This document shows, piece after piece, positions 1-8,406 of a DNA stretch of 64,000 nt (positions within the stretch are counted from its first letter, which is position 1; each line of letters begins with the position of its first letter). The translations under genes were made by a program, and so were the position numbers. Origin of the DNA: an uncultured Gemmatimonadota bacterium (lineage in GTDB: Bacteria > Blakebacterota > Blakebacteria > Blakebacterales > Blakebacteraceae); assembly GCA_964576115.1 (NCBI GenBank), contig CAZNUA010000018.1:1-64000 (forward strand), written 5' to 3'. The notes below the pieces were generated by a model. That model was not told the DNA's origin and made no database searches. It worked only from the letters and a program-made list of their open reading frames with translations.

Positions 1-89
1 TCAAGACAGTGGTGCAGTCGCTGATCTTTCTGTTGTTGGGGGCCGGCGGGATGCTCATCCTGCGCCGGAGCGGTGACACTGGGGCATGA
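1..89 (+). CDS. 3' end of a membrane protein gene (partial, runs off the window)
   Basis: Open frame ...KTVVQSLIFLLLGAGGMLILRRSGDTGA* with a hydrophobic stretch. Its TGA (87-89) overlaps the next ATG at 86 (ATGA coupling). Confidence 0.55.
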   Translation, partial: KTVVQSLIFLLLGAGGMLILRRSGDTGA

Positions 90-2272
90 CGGCGATCTCA
101 CGGCGTCTTCATCCATCGCTTCACCGGATTCCGGTCGGACCGGCACTCCCGGCCGGAAGGGTGTGGAGCATGGTTCTCACAGCCTCTCTCATCATCGGCG
201 CTGTCGGCCTGGCGCCCACGACGGCTGTGACTCAGGTCGCCGATGTCACACCGGACGTCAAGACCCTGGCTGTGCGCCGGATCGGCACCCCCCCCGTACT
301 CGACGGTCGCTTGCCCGCTTCGGAGTGGCCGTCCGACTCCTTTGTCAGCGGACTGATCCAGCTGCGGCCCCATAACGGCGAGCCGGCCGAGGCCGACCTG
401 TACGCCTCGGTGGCCTCGGATGGAAGTGCCCTCTATGTGGCCTTCCGGGCGCCGCTGTACGGCGGCGAGGCGCCGGTGGCCGCAGTGACCGGCCGCGACA
501 GCGGGTCGTTGATCAGCGACGATCTCGTCGGGCTGGTGATCGACACCTTCGGGGACGGTCGAAGCGGCTTCGGTTTTTACATCAACGCCCTGGGCACGCA
601 GGCCGACGTGCGGATCGCCAATGATGCCGAGACGACGGATGACACCTGGGACGCCGAATGGCAGGTGGCCACCGCGGTGAGTGAGGCGGCCTGGACGGCG
701 GAGATCCTTATTCCCTTCCGGTCGCTCTCCTACGATCCGGATCTGAGGGAATGGGGTTTCAACTTCGGGCGTCAGTATCCGCCCCGGCTCGAAGAAGCCT
801 GGTGGAACGGTCCGGTCGAGAAGAGCTTTCACGTTTCGCGCTGCGGCCGGCTCGTCGGTGTGCCGGTCCCAGAGCCCCTCAACCCGATCTCGGTCACCCC
901 GTACTTGACCGTGCGGCACGCCGAGACCGCGTACGGACAGTTCTCGAGCGGCTGGCAGGGTGACGCCGGAGCCGATATTGAGAGCGATCTGGGGCCACAG
1001 TTCACCCTCAACGCCTCTCTCAACCCCGATTTTGCCAGCGTGGAGGGCGACCGGGAACAGATCAACCTCTCTCCCTTCGAACTCTCCTTCCCCGAAAAGA
1101 GACGCTTCTTCCTCGAAGGCAACGATCTCTGGAGCAACCGGATCAGGGCTTTCTACACCCGCCGGATCGGGCAGATCGACGGCGGCGCCAAACTGGTCGG
1201 GCGCACCGGGCATAATACCATGGCGGCTCTGGCGGTGCGCGAGGCGACCCTGCCCGACAATCCCGAAACGGCCGGCAACGAGTACCGGCCGGGATCCACC
1301 TGGGGGGTCCTGCGCCTGCGGCGTGACGTACTCGAGAACAGCACCATCGGGCTGATCGGGGTGAACCGGCACTCGACGGACGGCGAGACCGGCGCCCTGG
1401 GCAGCGACCTGTATCTGAACCTGACCGGCGACTGGTACGTGACCGGACAGGCGATCGTCTCGTGGCCCGATCCCGCCCTGGAAAGCGGGGCGTTTTTCCT
1501 GCGGGCCGAGCGCAAGACCGATATCTATGATTACCACCTGCGCTATACCGAACTGGGCGAGCGGTTCCGCAACAATGTCAATGAGGTCGGGTACATCCGC
1601 GATGACGATCGGCGCGAGCTCGACGCGGCGGCCAGCTATACCTGGTATCCGCACGGCGGGCCCCTCCAGTTCCTCGAGTATGAATCCAACTACAACATCT
1701 ACTGGAGCCGGTCGAACGGACGCCTGCGGAACTGGGAGATTCATCAGTCATGCGATCTCTACCTGCGCAACGACCTGAGTTTCGAATACGAAGGGGAGTT
1801 CGAGAGCCAGGAACCGGACGTACGCTTCGATCGCCATTACTTCAATCGCCAGCACACCTTCTCGCTCGGCTACCGCACCGAAGAATGGGCCAGTACGAGT
1901 GTGAGCCTGTCAGTCGGTGAATGGCAGGACTCCGACCTCACACTCTGGGAAGCCTCGATCAACCGCTCCTTGCTCGAGGGGTTGACGGCGTCTTACTCCT
2001 TCGTCGATCTCCGGCTCGAGCCCGATCCCTGGGAAGAAAACGCGCAGATCCATATCGTGCGCCTCGAATACGCCTTCACCCCCGACCTCTACTGGCGCAT
2101 CTTCGCCCAGACCAACAGCGGCGATGACGAGGTCTATCTCTACTCGGTTTTCGGGTGGCGCTACCGGCCGCCGTTCTCGGCCGTGTACATTACCTGGACC
2201 CGGGACGAGATCATCGGCTCCGATCCCCGCCCGATCCTCTTCCTCAAAGTGAGTTACCAGATCGGAGGCTGA
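86..2272 (+). CDS. DUF5916-family secreted/outer-membrane protein with an N-terminal CBM9-like domain
   Basis: 728 aa. Motifs PVLDGRL, D-x-F-x-D-x-R, AEILIPFRSL, NPDFASVE, FPEKRRFFLEG. C-terminal amphipathic strand FLKVSYQI. Confidence 0.85.
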   Translation: MTAISRRLHPSLHRIPVGPALPAGRVWSMVLTASLIIGAVGLAPTTAVTQVADVTPDVKTLAVRRIGTPPVLDGRLPASEWPSDSFVSGLIQLRPHNGEPAEADLYASVASDGSALYVAFRAPLYGGEAPVAAVTGRDSGSLISDDLVGLVIDTFGDGRSGFGFYINALGTQADVRIANDAETTDDTWDAEWQVATAVSEAAWTAEILIPFRSLSYDPDLREWGFNFGRQYPPRLEEAWWNGPVEKSFHVSRCGRLVGVPVPEPLNPISVTPYLTVRHAETAYGQFSSGWQGDAGADIESDLGPQFTLNASLNPDFASVEGDREQINLSPFELSFPEKRRFFLEGNDLWSNRIRAFYTRRIGQIDGGAKLVGRTGHNTMAALAVREATLPDNPETAGNEYRPGSTWGVLRLRRDVLENSTIGLIGVNRHSTDGETGALGSDLYLNLTGDWYVTGQAIVSWPDPALESGAFFLRAERKTDIYDYHLRYTELGERFRNNVNEVGYIRDDDRRELDAAASYTWYPHGGPLQFLEYESNYNIYWSRSNGRLRNWEIHQSCDLYLRNDLSFEYEGEFESQEPDVRFDRHYFNRQHTFSLGYRTEEWASTSVSLSVGEWQDSDLTLWEASINRSLLEGLTASYSFVDLRLEPDPWEENAQIHIVRLEYAFTPDLYWRIFAQTNSGDDEVYLYSVFGWRYRPPFSAVYITWTRDEIIGSDPRPILFLKVSYQIGG

Positions 2273-2280
2273 AAGACCCG

Positions 2281-3897
2281 ATGAATAGACGACGATCCAG
2301 AGGCGGACCGATTCTGCGCCGCGCGTTCCTGGCCGGTTTCATCCTGCTCGGTGTGCCCGTCGCTGCAACCGGAGCGCAGGAAGCGGTTCCGCACGGCTGT
2401 ACGGTCATGATCGCGGGGCGGGAAGCCACGGCGGACGGCTCGATCCTCTTCGTGAAGACCGAGGATGACAGCCCCCGCGACATCGATCGGCTCTGGTTCG
2501 TTCCGCGCCGGACCCATCAACCCGGATCGGTCGTGAGACTGCGCCGCGGAGGCACGTTGTCCCAGATCCCCGAAACATACGCGTACTTCTGGGACCAGTG
2601 CCCCGGGACCGCGTTCTCGAACGGGGTCGTAAACGAATGGGGGGTGGCCTTCGGCAGCAACGGCTGTGCCTCGCGGGAGGACTCGTACGACGAGGTCGTC
2701 GCCCGGGGGGAAATCGTTGACGGCGGTATTGGTTTCCGACTCAGGCTTATTCTCGCCGAACGCTGCCGTACGGCCCGCGAGGCGGTCGAAATGGCAGCCG
2801 AACTGATCAACCGGTTCGGGTACGCGGCTTCGGGGCGGAACCTGAATATCGTCGGTCCCGGGGAGGCATGGCAGCTCCAGATGGCGCGGGGCCGGCACTA
2901 TGTCGCCCGCCGGGTCCGGGACGATGAAGTGGCCATCATCGCCAACACCTTCAGCATCCGAGAAGTGGATCCCGACGATCGGGAGAACATCATCTGTTCA
3001 CCCGATCTGATCGCCTATGCCATCGAACGGGGCTGGTACGATCCGGCCGGGGGCGAGCCTTTCGATTTTGCCCGCGCCTATGCTCCCGAACGGAACCATA
3101 CTTCGCCCTCCAATACCGACCGTCAGTGGAACATGGCCCGTCTGCTCAACGAGGACTTTCCGCTCACTCTCGAGGACGCCCGGGCGGGGCGGATGCCGGT
3201 TGCGGTCATTCCCGACCGTCCGCTCACTGTCCGTGATGCCTTTGCCGTGTTCCGCAACCACTACGAGGGCACCGCACTGGATCGTTCGGGATTCACCGTC
3301 TCGGGTGAATACGGGCAGAGTCCGCATCGCAATGCCTCCCCGATCTGTAACTACGGCACCCACCGGACCACCGTCATCCAGCAGCGCCGCGATATGCCGC
3401 CCGCCGTGGGCACCCTCATCTGGCGGGCTCTCGACCAGCCCTGCAGCAGCGTCTTCGTTCCCTGGTATCTGGGAGCCGACCGCATTCCCGGGCCGTACCA
3501 GCAATCCCCGGAGAACCTCGCGACCACCGACCGCGATCTGCTCGCCTTCCACTTCGACCTTCCTCCAGAGATCTGGAAACTGGATCGCGAATCCGCCTCG
3601 GGCATCTTCGGCTACCTGGGTGGTCTGGTCGATGCCTGGTACGAGCTGACCATCGATGTCGTCCGGGCGCGGTGGAACGCTTTCGAGGCGGTCCAGTTCG
3701 ATCTGCAGCCGGCGATCGAGTCCACTGCCCTCGAGCTCTGGCACCAGGATCCCGATCTGGCGCGCGAGTACCTCACGATCTATACCCGGTCCCGCGCCGT
3801 CGAAGCGCTCGATATCGCCCGTGAGCTGACCGCGGCGATCGAGCAGCAACTGTGGACCTCGGGCGTGAGAAGGAGACTCATCCCCCCCGGTGACTGA
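2281..3897 (+). CDS. Secreted peptidase C69 family (dipeptidase, Ntn-hydrolase)
   Basis: Signal peptide followed by the N-terminal nucleophile motif GCTVMIAGREATADGS-x-F-x-K-x-ED. Also NEWGV, RTAREAV, S-x-FVPWY. Start set at ATG 2281. Confidence 0.9.
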   Translation: MNRRRSRGGPILRRAFLAGFILLGVPVAATGAQEAVPHGCTVMIAGREATADGSILFVKTEDDSPRDIDRLWFVPRRTHQPGSVVRLRRGGTLSQIPETYAYFWDQCPGTAFSNGVVNEWGVAFGSNGCASREDSYDEVVARGEIVDGGIGFRLRLILAERCRTAREAVEMAAELINRFGYAASGRNLNIVGPGEAWQLQMARGRHYVARRVRDDEVAIIANTFSIREVDPDDRENIICSPDLIAYAIERGWYDPAGGEPFDFARAYAPERNHTSPSNTDRQWNMARLLNEDFPLTLEDARAGRMPVAVIPDRPLTVRDAFAVFRNHYEGTALDRSGFTVSGEYGQSPHRNASPICNYGTHRTTVIQQRRDMPPAVGTLIWRALDQPCSSVFVPWYLGADRIPGPYQQSPENLATTDRDLLAFHFDLPPEIWKLDRESASGIFGYLGGLVDAWYELTIDVVRARWNAFEAVQFDLQPAIESTALELWHQDPDLAREYLTIYTRSRAVEALDIARELTAAIEQQLWTSGVRRRLIPPGD

Positions 3898-3944
3898 GCC
3901 GGCACGAGTCATGACGAGTATCCCTCTTTATACTCGGGATGGTT

Positions 3945-3974
3945 AAAAAAAAGGCGGCCCGAAGGCCGCCTTTT
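3945..3974 (-). terminator. Rho-independent terminator between the convergent C69 peptidase and icd genes (probably bidirectional)
   Basis: A8-GGCGGCC-CGAA-GGCCGCC-TTTT: a perfect stem with a U-tract on both strands. Confidence 0.85.
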
Positions 3975-4026
3975 CCCGATGTGCCCCGGGATCGGAGCCC
4001 ATCCTGTGGATCGTATCGGGTGAAAT

Positions 4027-5367
4027 CTACATCCGGTCGACGATCGCTTCTCCAAAGCCCGAGCACGACACTTCGGTCACGTCCTCGCGACCCTCGCGCT
4101 TCATCAACCGTGCCAGGTCGTAGGTCACGTGGCCGTCGATGATAGCCTGGCCCATGCCCTTGTTGATCAGGTCGGCGGCTTCGTTCCACTCCATGTGGTT
4201 GAGCATCATCACCGCCGAGAGGATCAGCGAACCGGGGTTGACCTTGTCCATCCCGGTGTACTTCGGGGCGGTACCGTGAGTGGCTTCGAACAGGGCCACG
4301 TCATCAGACATGTTGGCCCCCGGTCCAAGTCCCAGACCGCCGACCAGGGCGATGGCCGCATCCGAGAGAAAGTCGCCGTTCAGGTTCGGCGTGCAGAGAA
4401 CGTTGTACTCGTCGGGGCGGGTCTGGATCTGCTGGAAGATCGAGTCGGCGATCCGGTCCTTGACCAGGATCTTGCCCTCGGGCATCTCGCCGCCCAGTTC
4501 GTCCCAGAGCTTCTTCTCGGTGACGATCTTGTCGGCGAACTCATCCTCGGCCAGCTCATAGCTCCACTTGGTGAACGACCCTTCGGTGAACTTCATGATG
4601 TTGCCCTTGTGCACGAAGGTCACGGTCGGCAGATCGTGGTCGACCGCCCACTGCAGGGCCATGCGTGCCAGCCGCTTGGTGCCGGTCACCGAGATGGGCT
4701 TTACCCCGATCCCGGAGTCGGGCAGGATCTCGCGGCCGGTCTTTTCCTTGATGATGTCGATGATGGCCATCGCGGTCTCACTGCCGGCTTCGAAGTCATG
4801 TCCGGCGTACACATCCTCGGTGTTCTCCCGGAAAATGATGAAGTTCACCTTGTCGGCGTACTTGCTGGGCGAGGGGACGCCTTCGAAGAAACGGATGGGG
4901 CGCACGCAGGCGAACAGGTTCAGGTGCTGGCGCAGGTTCACGTTGATCGAACGGAACCGGGGCGCCACGCCGTCGTCCTTGCCGCACTTGTCGCAGGTGC
5001 CGTCGTGGTACTGCTGGTGGGCGCAGTAGAGGCAGACGTGGGTTTCTTCGCCGATCGGGGTGGTGAAGGGCCCCTTGATGGCGATCCGCAGGTAGCGGAT
5101 GGCGTCGACCGTCTCCTGGGGGAAGACGTCACCGTAGTGGTGGAGACCTTCCAGGCCGGCGTAGAGCGGGCACCAGGAGATCTTGCGCTGGCCGCCATAG
5201 GCCTTCTCGACGGCTGAGTCGACCACATTCTGCATGGCCGGAGTGATATCCAGCCCGATACCGTCCCCACGCAGGTAGCCGATAACGGGATTGTCACCGA
5301 TAATGTAGCGGCCGTCTTCGTACTGGATGAGGTCGCCTTCGGGGATCGTAACTTCCTTGAATTCCAT
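4027..5367 (-). CDS. icd: NADP-dependent isocitrate dehydrogenase (dimeric, E. coli-like) with a Cys4 insertion
   Basis: Motifs GDGIG, IKGPFTTP, RSINV, RENTEDVYAG, VHKGNIMKFTEG, NLNGD-x-LSD, EATHGTAPKY and TYDLAR (NADP-type residues). RBS AGGAAGG before ATG 5367. Confidence 0.95.
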   Translation of the reverse strand: MEFKEVTIPEGDLIQYEDGRYIIGDNPVIGYLRGDGIGLDITPAMQNVVDSAVEKAYGGQRKISWCPLYAGLEGLHHYGDVFPQETVDAIRYLRIAIKGPFTTPIGEETHVCLYCAHQQYHDGTCDKCGKDDGVAPRFRSINVNLRQHLNLFACVRPIRFFEGVPSPSKYADKVNFIIFRENTEDVYAGHDFEAGSETAMAIIDIIKEKTGREILPDSGIGVKPISVTGTKRLARMALQWAVDHDLPTVTFVHKGNIMKFTEGSFTKWSYELAEDEFADKIVTEKKLWDELGGEMPEGKILVKDRIADSIFQQIQTRPDEYNVLCTPNLNGDFLSDAAIALVGGLGLGPGANMSDDVALFEATHGTAPKYTGMDKVNPGSLILSAVMMLNHMEWNEAADLINKGMGQAIIDGHVTYDLARLMKREGREDVTEVSCSGFGEAIVDRM

Positions 5368-5460
5368 CGTGTCCTTCCTGTTCGGTGTGGCGGCCTTCAG
5401 GCGCCGCTCCGCACGCATGGTGCACTCGCAGATCGGCGTACGGTGGTCAGTGAGCACCGT

Positions 5461-5491
5461 ACTATATACGTATCCGCGCGGCGGGAAACAA
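5461..5491 (-). promoter_or_regulatory. Putative sigma70-type promoter of icd
   Basis: TTGTTT-N17-TATATA(GT) on the minus strand, about 95 nt upstream of the start codon. Confidence 0.45.
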
Positions 5492-5533
5492 GCGGCTGGG
5501 CGGGCCTGATTCCGATTTGTGAACCGGCCGCGA

Positions 5534-8209
5534 TTATTCGGTGCGCAGAGCCTCGATCGGATCGAGACGGGTAACCCGCAGGGCCGGCAGCAGACAGGAA
5601 AGGAAAGCCACCGCCAGCAGCAGCAGGGTAACGAGAATCCAGGTCAGCGGTTCGATCGGGGCTACCTCGTAGAGCATTCCTTCCAGGAAGCGGCTCAGAG
5701 CCGCCGCGGCGGCCAGACCGATGCCGATCCCGATCAGGGCCCGGACCATGCCCTGACGGACGATCAGGTTCAACACCCCCTGCGGCATCGCGCCCAGGGT
5801 CAGCCTGACAGCCAGCTCGGGGGCCCGCTCGTTCACGCCGTGCGCTACCACCCCGAACAGACCCGCACATCCGAGGATCAGGGCTATGAAGGCGAAGATC
5901 CCGAAGACCGAGGTCGTAAACCGTGAGCTGGTCAGAGAGCCGTCCAGCGATTCCTCGAGGGTGCGTATATTGGCCATTGGAAGATCGGGATCCAGGTCGG
6001 CCAGGATGGCCCGCAGATCGGGGACGACGGCCCGGGGATCGCCCTCGGTATGCACCACGAAGGTGACCGGGTTCCAGATGTCGAGGGCGTACGAGATATA
6101 GGCCGCCCGGGTCGCCTCACGCCCCGGCCCCCGCTCGCGCATTTCCTCGACCACGCCCAGGACCGGCGCCCGGGTGTCTTCCTCTCCCCACAGCAGGGCC
6201 TGGCGGCCGAGCGGATTCTCGTCGGGCCAGAGGGCAGACGCCAGGTTCTCGCTGCAGATGAAACCCGACAGGACCTCGGCATTGCTCAGATCGTGCCAGG
6301 TCCGGCCCTGTTTGAGTTCCAGGCCCATGGCTGCGAAATAGTGGGGCGTGACATACCGCCAGTCGGCCAGCAGCATGGCTTCCTCACCCAGGTGCGCCTT
6401 TTCGGAGGTGATGATGCCCATGTTGGTCGACCATGGCCCCATGGGGGCGACACTGACCGCTCCGGCCTCCTGCACGGCGGAGTGGGCTTCGATCCGGTCG
6501 AGAAAGGACTCGAGCAGCCGGTCGGCCCGGTCGTTACGGGAGACCAGATCGAGGACCGACGTCGGCGGCGGGCCCGGCGGACTGTAGATGTTCTCGGGCA
6601 GTTCGACATCGAAGAGCAGGCGGTTTTCGGCTTCGAACCCGACCTCGCTCCGGGTGAGTCCCGCCAGGCTCGAGAGCATCAGACCTGCCCCGATCAGCAG
6701 GACCAGCGAGAGAGCCAGTTCCACGATTACCAGCCCCCCCTGCAGCCGGCGGCGGCTGGAACTTGCGGTGGTCCGGTTGCTTCCCTCCCGCAGGATCGCC
6801 CCGGCCCTGTCCCGGGTGGCCTGCAGGGCCGGGATGATACCCGCCGTAAAACCGGTTGCAATGATCAGCAGGGCGGTAAAAAACAGGACCGCGCCGTTCA
6901 ATGTCACCTGCTCCAGGCGGGGGATCCCGCCCGGATCGAGGGCTTTGACGAAGCTGATTCCCCAGGTGGCCAGGATGATCCCCACGCCTCCCCCGATCAC
7001 GGTCAGAAGCAGCGACTCGGTCACAAGCTGGCGGATGATCCGGCCGCGATCGGCCCCCAGAGCCGACACGATGGCAATCTCACGCCGGCGGGCGGTAGCC
7101 TGAGCGAGCAGGATGTTGGCCAAGTTCAGACAGGCGAGCAGTAGGACGAAGCCGACCGCCCCCAGCAGCACCAGCAGGGTACGCGGCGCCTGCTGTCCGT
7201 GCAGCCAGTCGCGCAGGGGCATCAACGTCGTTCCGGTCAGGTCGGCTTCGGTGGATTGCTCTGCTATCTGAAGCGCGATGCGGTCGAGTTCGGCCCCGGC
7301 CTGTTCGGGGGTCACGCCCGGTCGCATCCGGCCGAAACACGAGAGAATGTGATTGTTACGATCCCCGGTGGCATTGGCTCCCAGCGGCAGAAAAACCTCG
7401 TGCCACGTCTGCCAGTATTCGCCCGGTTCGAGGATCCCGATAACGGTGCACGGTTCTCCGTTCAGAGTGATCGACGAACCGAGTAGGGCCCGGTCACCGG
7501 CGAACGCCTCCTGCCAGAATCTGTAGGAGAGGACGGCCACGCGGGCGGGATCGCCGCTCTGATCCTCCTCGGGCGTGAAGGTGCGGCCGAGGTGGGTTTC
7601 GATCCCGAGCGCGGGGAAGAATCCGTGGGAGACCAGGCAGGTGGACAGCTGGCGGGCCGATTCCTCCCCGGTCAGAACCGAGCTTCCCCGCCGGTAGGCC
7701 CCCAGATGAGTGAAGCTCATCGCCCGTTGCTGCAGATCGAGAAAGTTCGGTTCGCAGACCGCGCTGTACTCGGACCCCCGATCGTCATTGCGTTCGAATA
7801 TCCGCTGGATCCGGTCGGGCTCGGGGTAGGGCAGGGGCTTGATGACGGCCTGGTACACCAGGCTGAAAATGGCGCTGTTGGCCCCGATCCCCAGGGCGAG
7901 CATCAGGGTGGCGATCCCGGTCGCGGCGGGCTTCTTCGCCATCCGGCGCAGGCCGTACCTCACATCCCGGGCGAAGGTCTCCAGAAAACGAGCCCGGCTC
8001 TCTTCGCGTACCTGTTCCTTGGTCATCTCCATGCCTCCCAGACTCTTTAGAGCCTGCCTGCGGGCCAGCGTCGGATCCATCCCCTGTTCGATGAATGCTT
8101 CAGTCTGCATCTCGATGTGGAACCGGAGTTCGGAATCGAGCTGTTCCTCCAGAGCGGTCGTCCGGAAGAGGTTCAGGAAGCGGTTCAGGAAGCGACGCAG
8201 GTCGGCCAT
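5534..8209 (-). CDS. ADOP-type duplicated ABC permease (MacB periplasmic + FtsX domains, twice) #1
   Basis: N-terminal prefix helix ELRFHIEM, then ALGIGANSAIFS, LACLNLANILLA, RRREIAI-x-SALGA. C-terminus DPIEALRTE. Confidence 0.9.
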   Translation of the reverse strand: MADLRRFLNRFLNLFRTTALEEQLDSELRFHIEMQTEAFIEQGMDPTLARRQALKSLGGMEMTKEQVREESRARFLETFARDVRYGLRRMAKKPAATGIATLMLALGIGANSAIFSLVYQAVIKPLPYPEPDRIQRIFERNDDRGSEYSAVCEPNFLDLQQRAMSFTHLGAYRRGSSVLTGEESARQLSTCLVSHGFFPALGIETHLGRTFTPEEDQSGDPARVAVLSYRFWQEAFAGDRALLGSSITLNGEPCTVIGILEPGEYWQTWHEVFLPLGANATGDRNNHILSCFGRMRPGVTPEQAGAELDRIALQIAEQSTEADLTGTTLMPLRDWLHGQQAPRTLLVLLGAVGFVLLLACLNLANILLAQATARRREIAIVSALGADRGRIIRQLVTESLLLTVIGGGVGIILATWGISFVKALDPGGIPRLEQVTLNGAVLFFTALLIIATGFTAGIIPALQATRDRAGAILREGSNRTTASSSRRRLQGGLVIVELALSLVLLIGAGLMLSSLAGLTRSEVGFEAENRLLFDVELPENIYSPPGPPPTSVLDLVSRNDRADRLLESFLDRIEAHSAVQEAGAVSVAPMGPWSTNMGIITSEKAHLGEEAMLLADWRYVTPHYFAAMGLELKQGRTWHDLSNAEVLSGFICSENLASALWPDENPLGRQALLWGEEDTRAPVLGVVEEMRERGPGREATRAAYISYALDIWNPVTFVVHTEGDPRAVVPDLRAILADLDPDLPMANIRTLEESLDGSLTSSRFTTSVFGIFAFIALILGCAGLFGVVAHGVNERAPELAVRLTLGAMPQGVLNLIVRQGMVRALIGIGIGLAAAAALSRFLEGMLYEVAPIEPLTWILVTLLLLAVAFLSCLLPALRVTRLDPIEALRTE

Positions 8210-8272
8210 GATCGTGTCAATCCTGATCAGGTACGCGAGGGTGTCAACGTACCACATGCGGCTGTCGAATGC

Positions 8273-8311
8273 TTCCCCTAGATGAACGACAAAAGAGAAG
8301 AAATTGTTTCA
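8273..8311 (-). promoter_or_regulatory. ECF-type promoter overlapping a degenerate 23-bp PadR-like operator
   Basis: TGAAAC-N17-CGTTC (8311-8284, minus). Operator-like TTCCCCTAG-N5-CGACAAAAG (8273-8295). Confidence 0.55.
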
Positions 8312-8406
8312 CATCGGTTCCGACTATCCCTCAGCGGGGGATCCTGTCAGAAGGGGGCGCACCGCCGGAGCCGTCGAATCCGGCCGGATCGCTCTGACGG
8401 TTGCGT

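Noticed and set aside
8210-8270. Possible decayed PadR remnant (a GTL-like triplet) upstream of ADOP #1
   Set aside because: The match covers only a few residues and needs a frameshift, so it is not distinguishable from chance.
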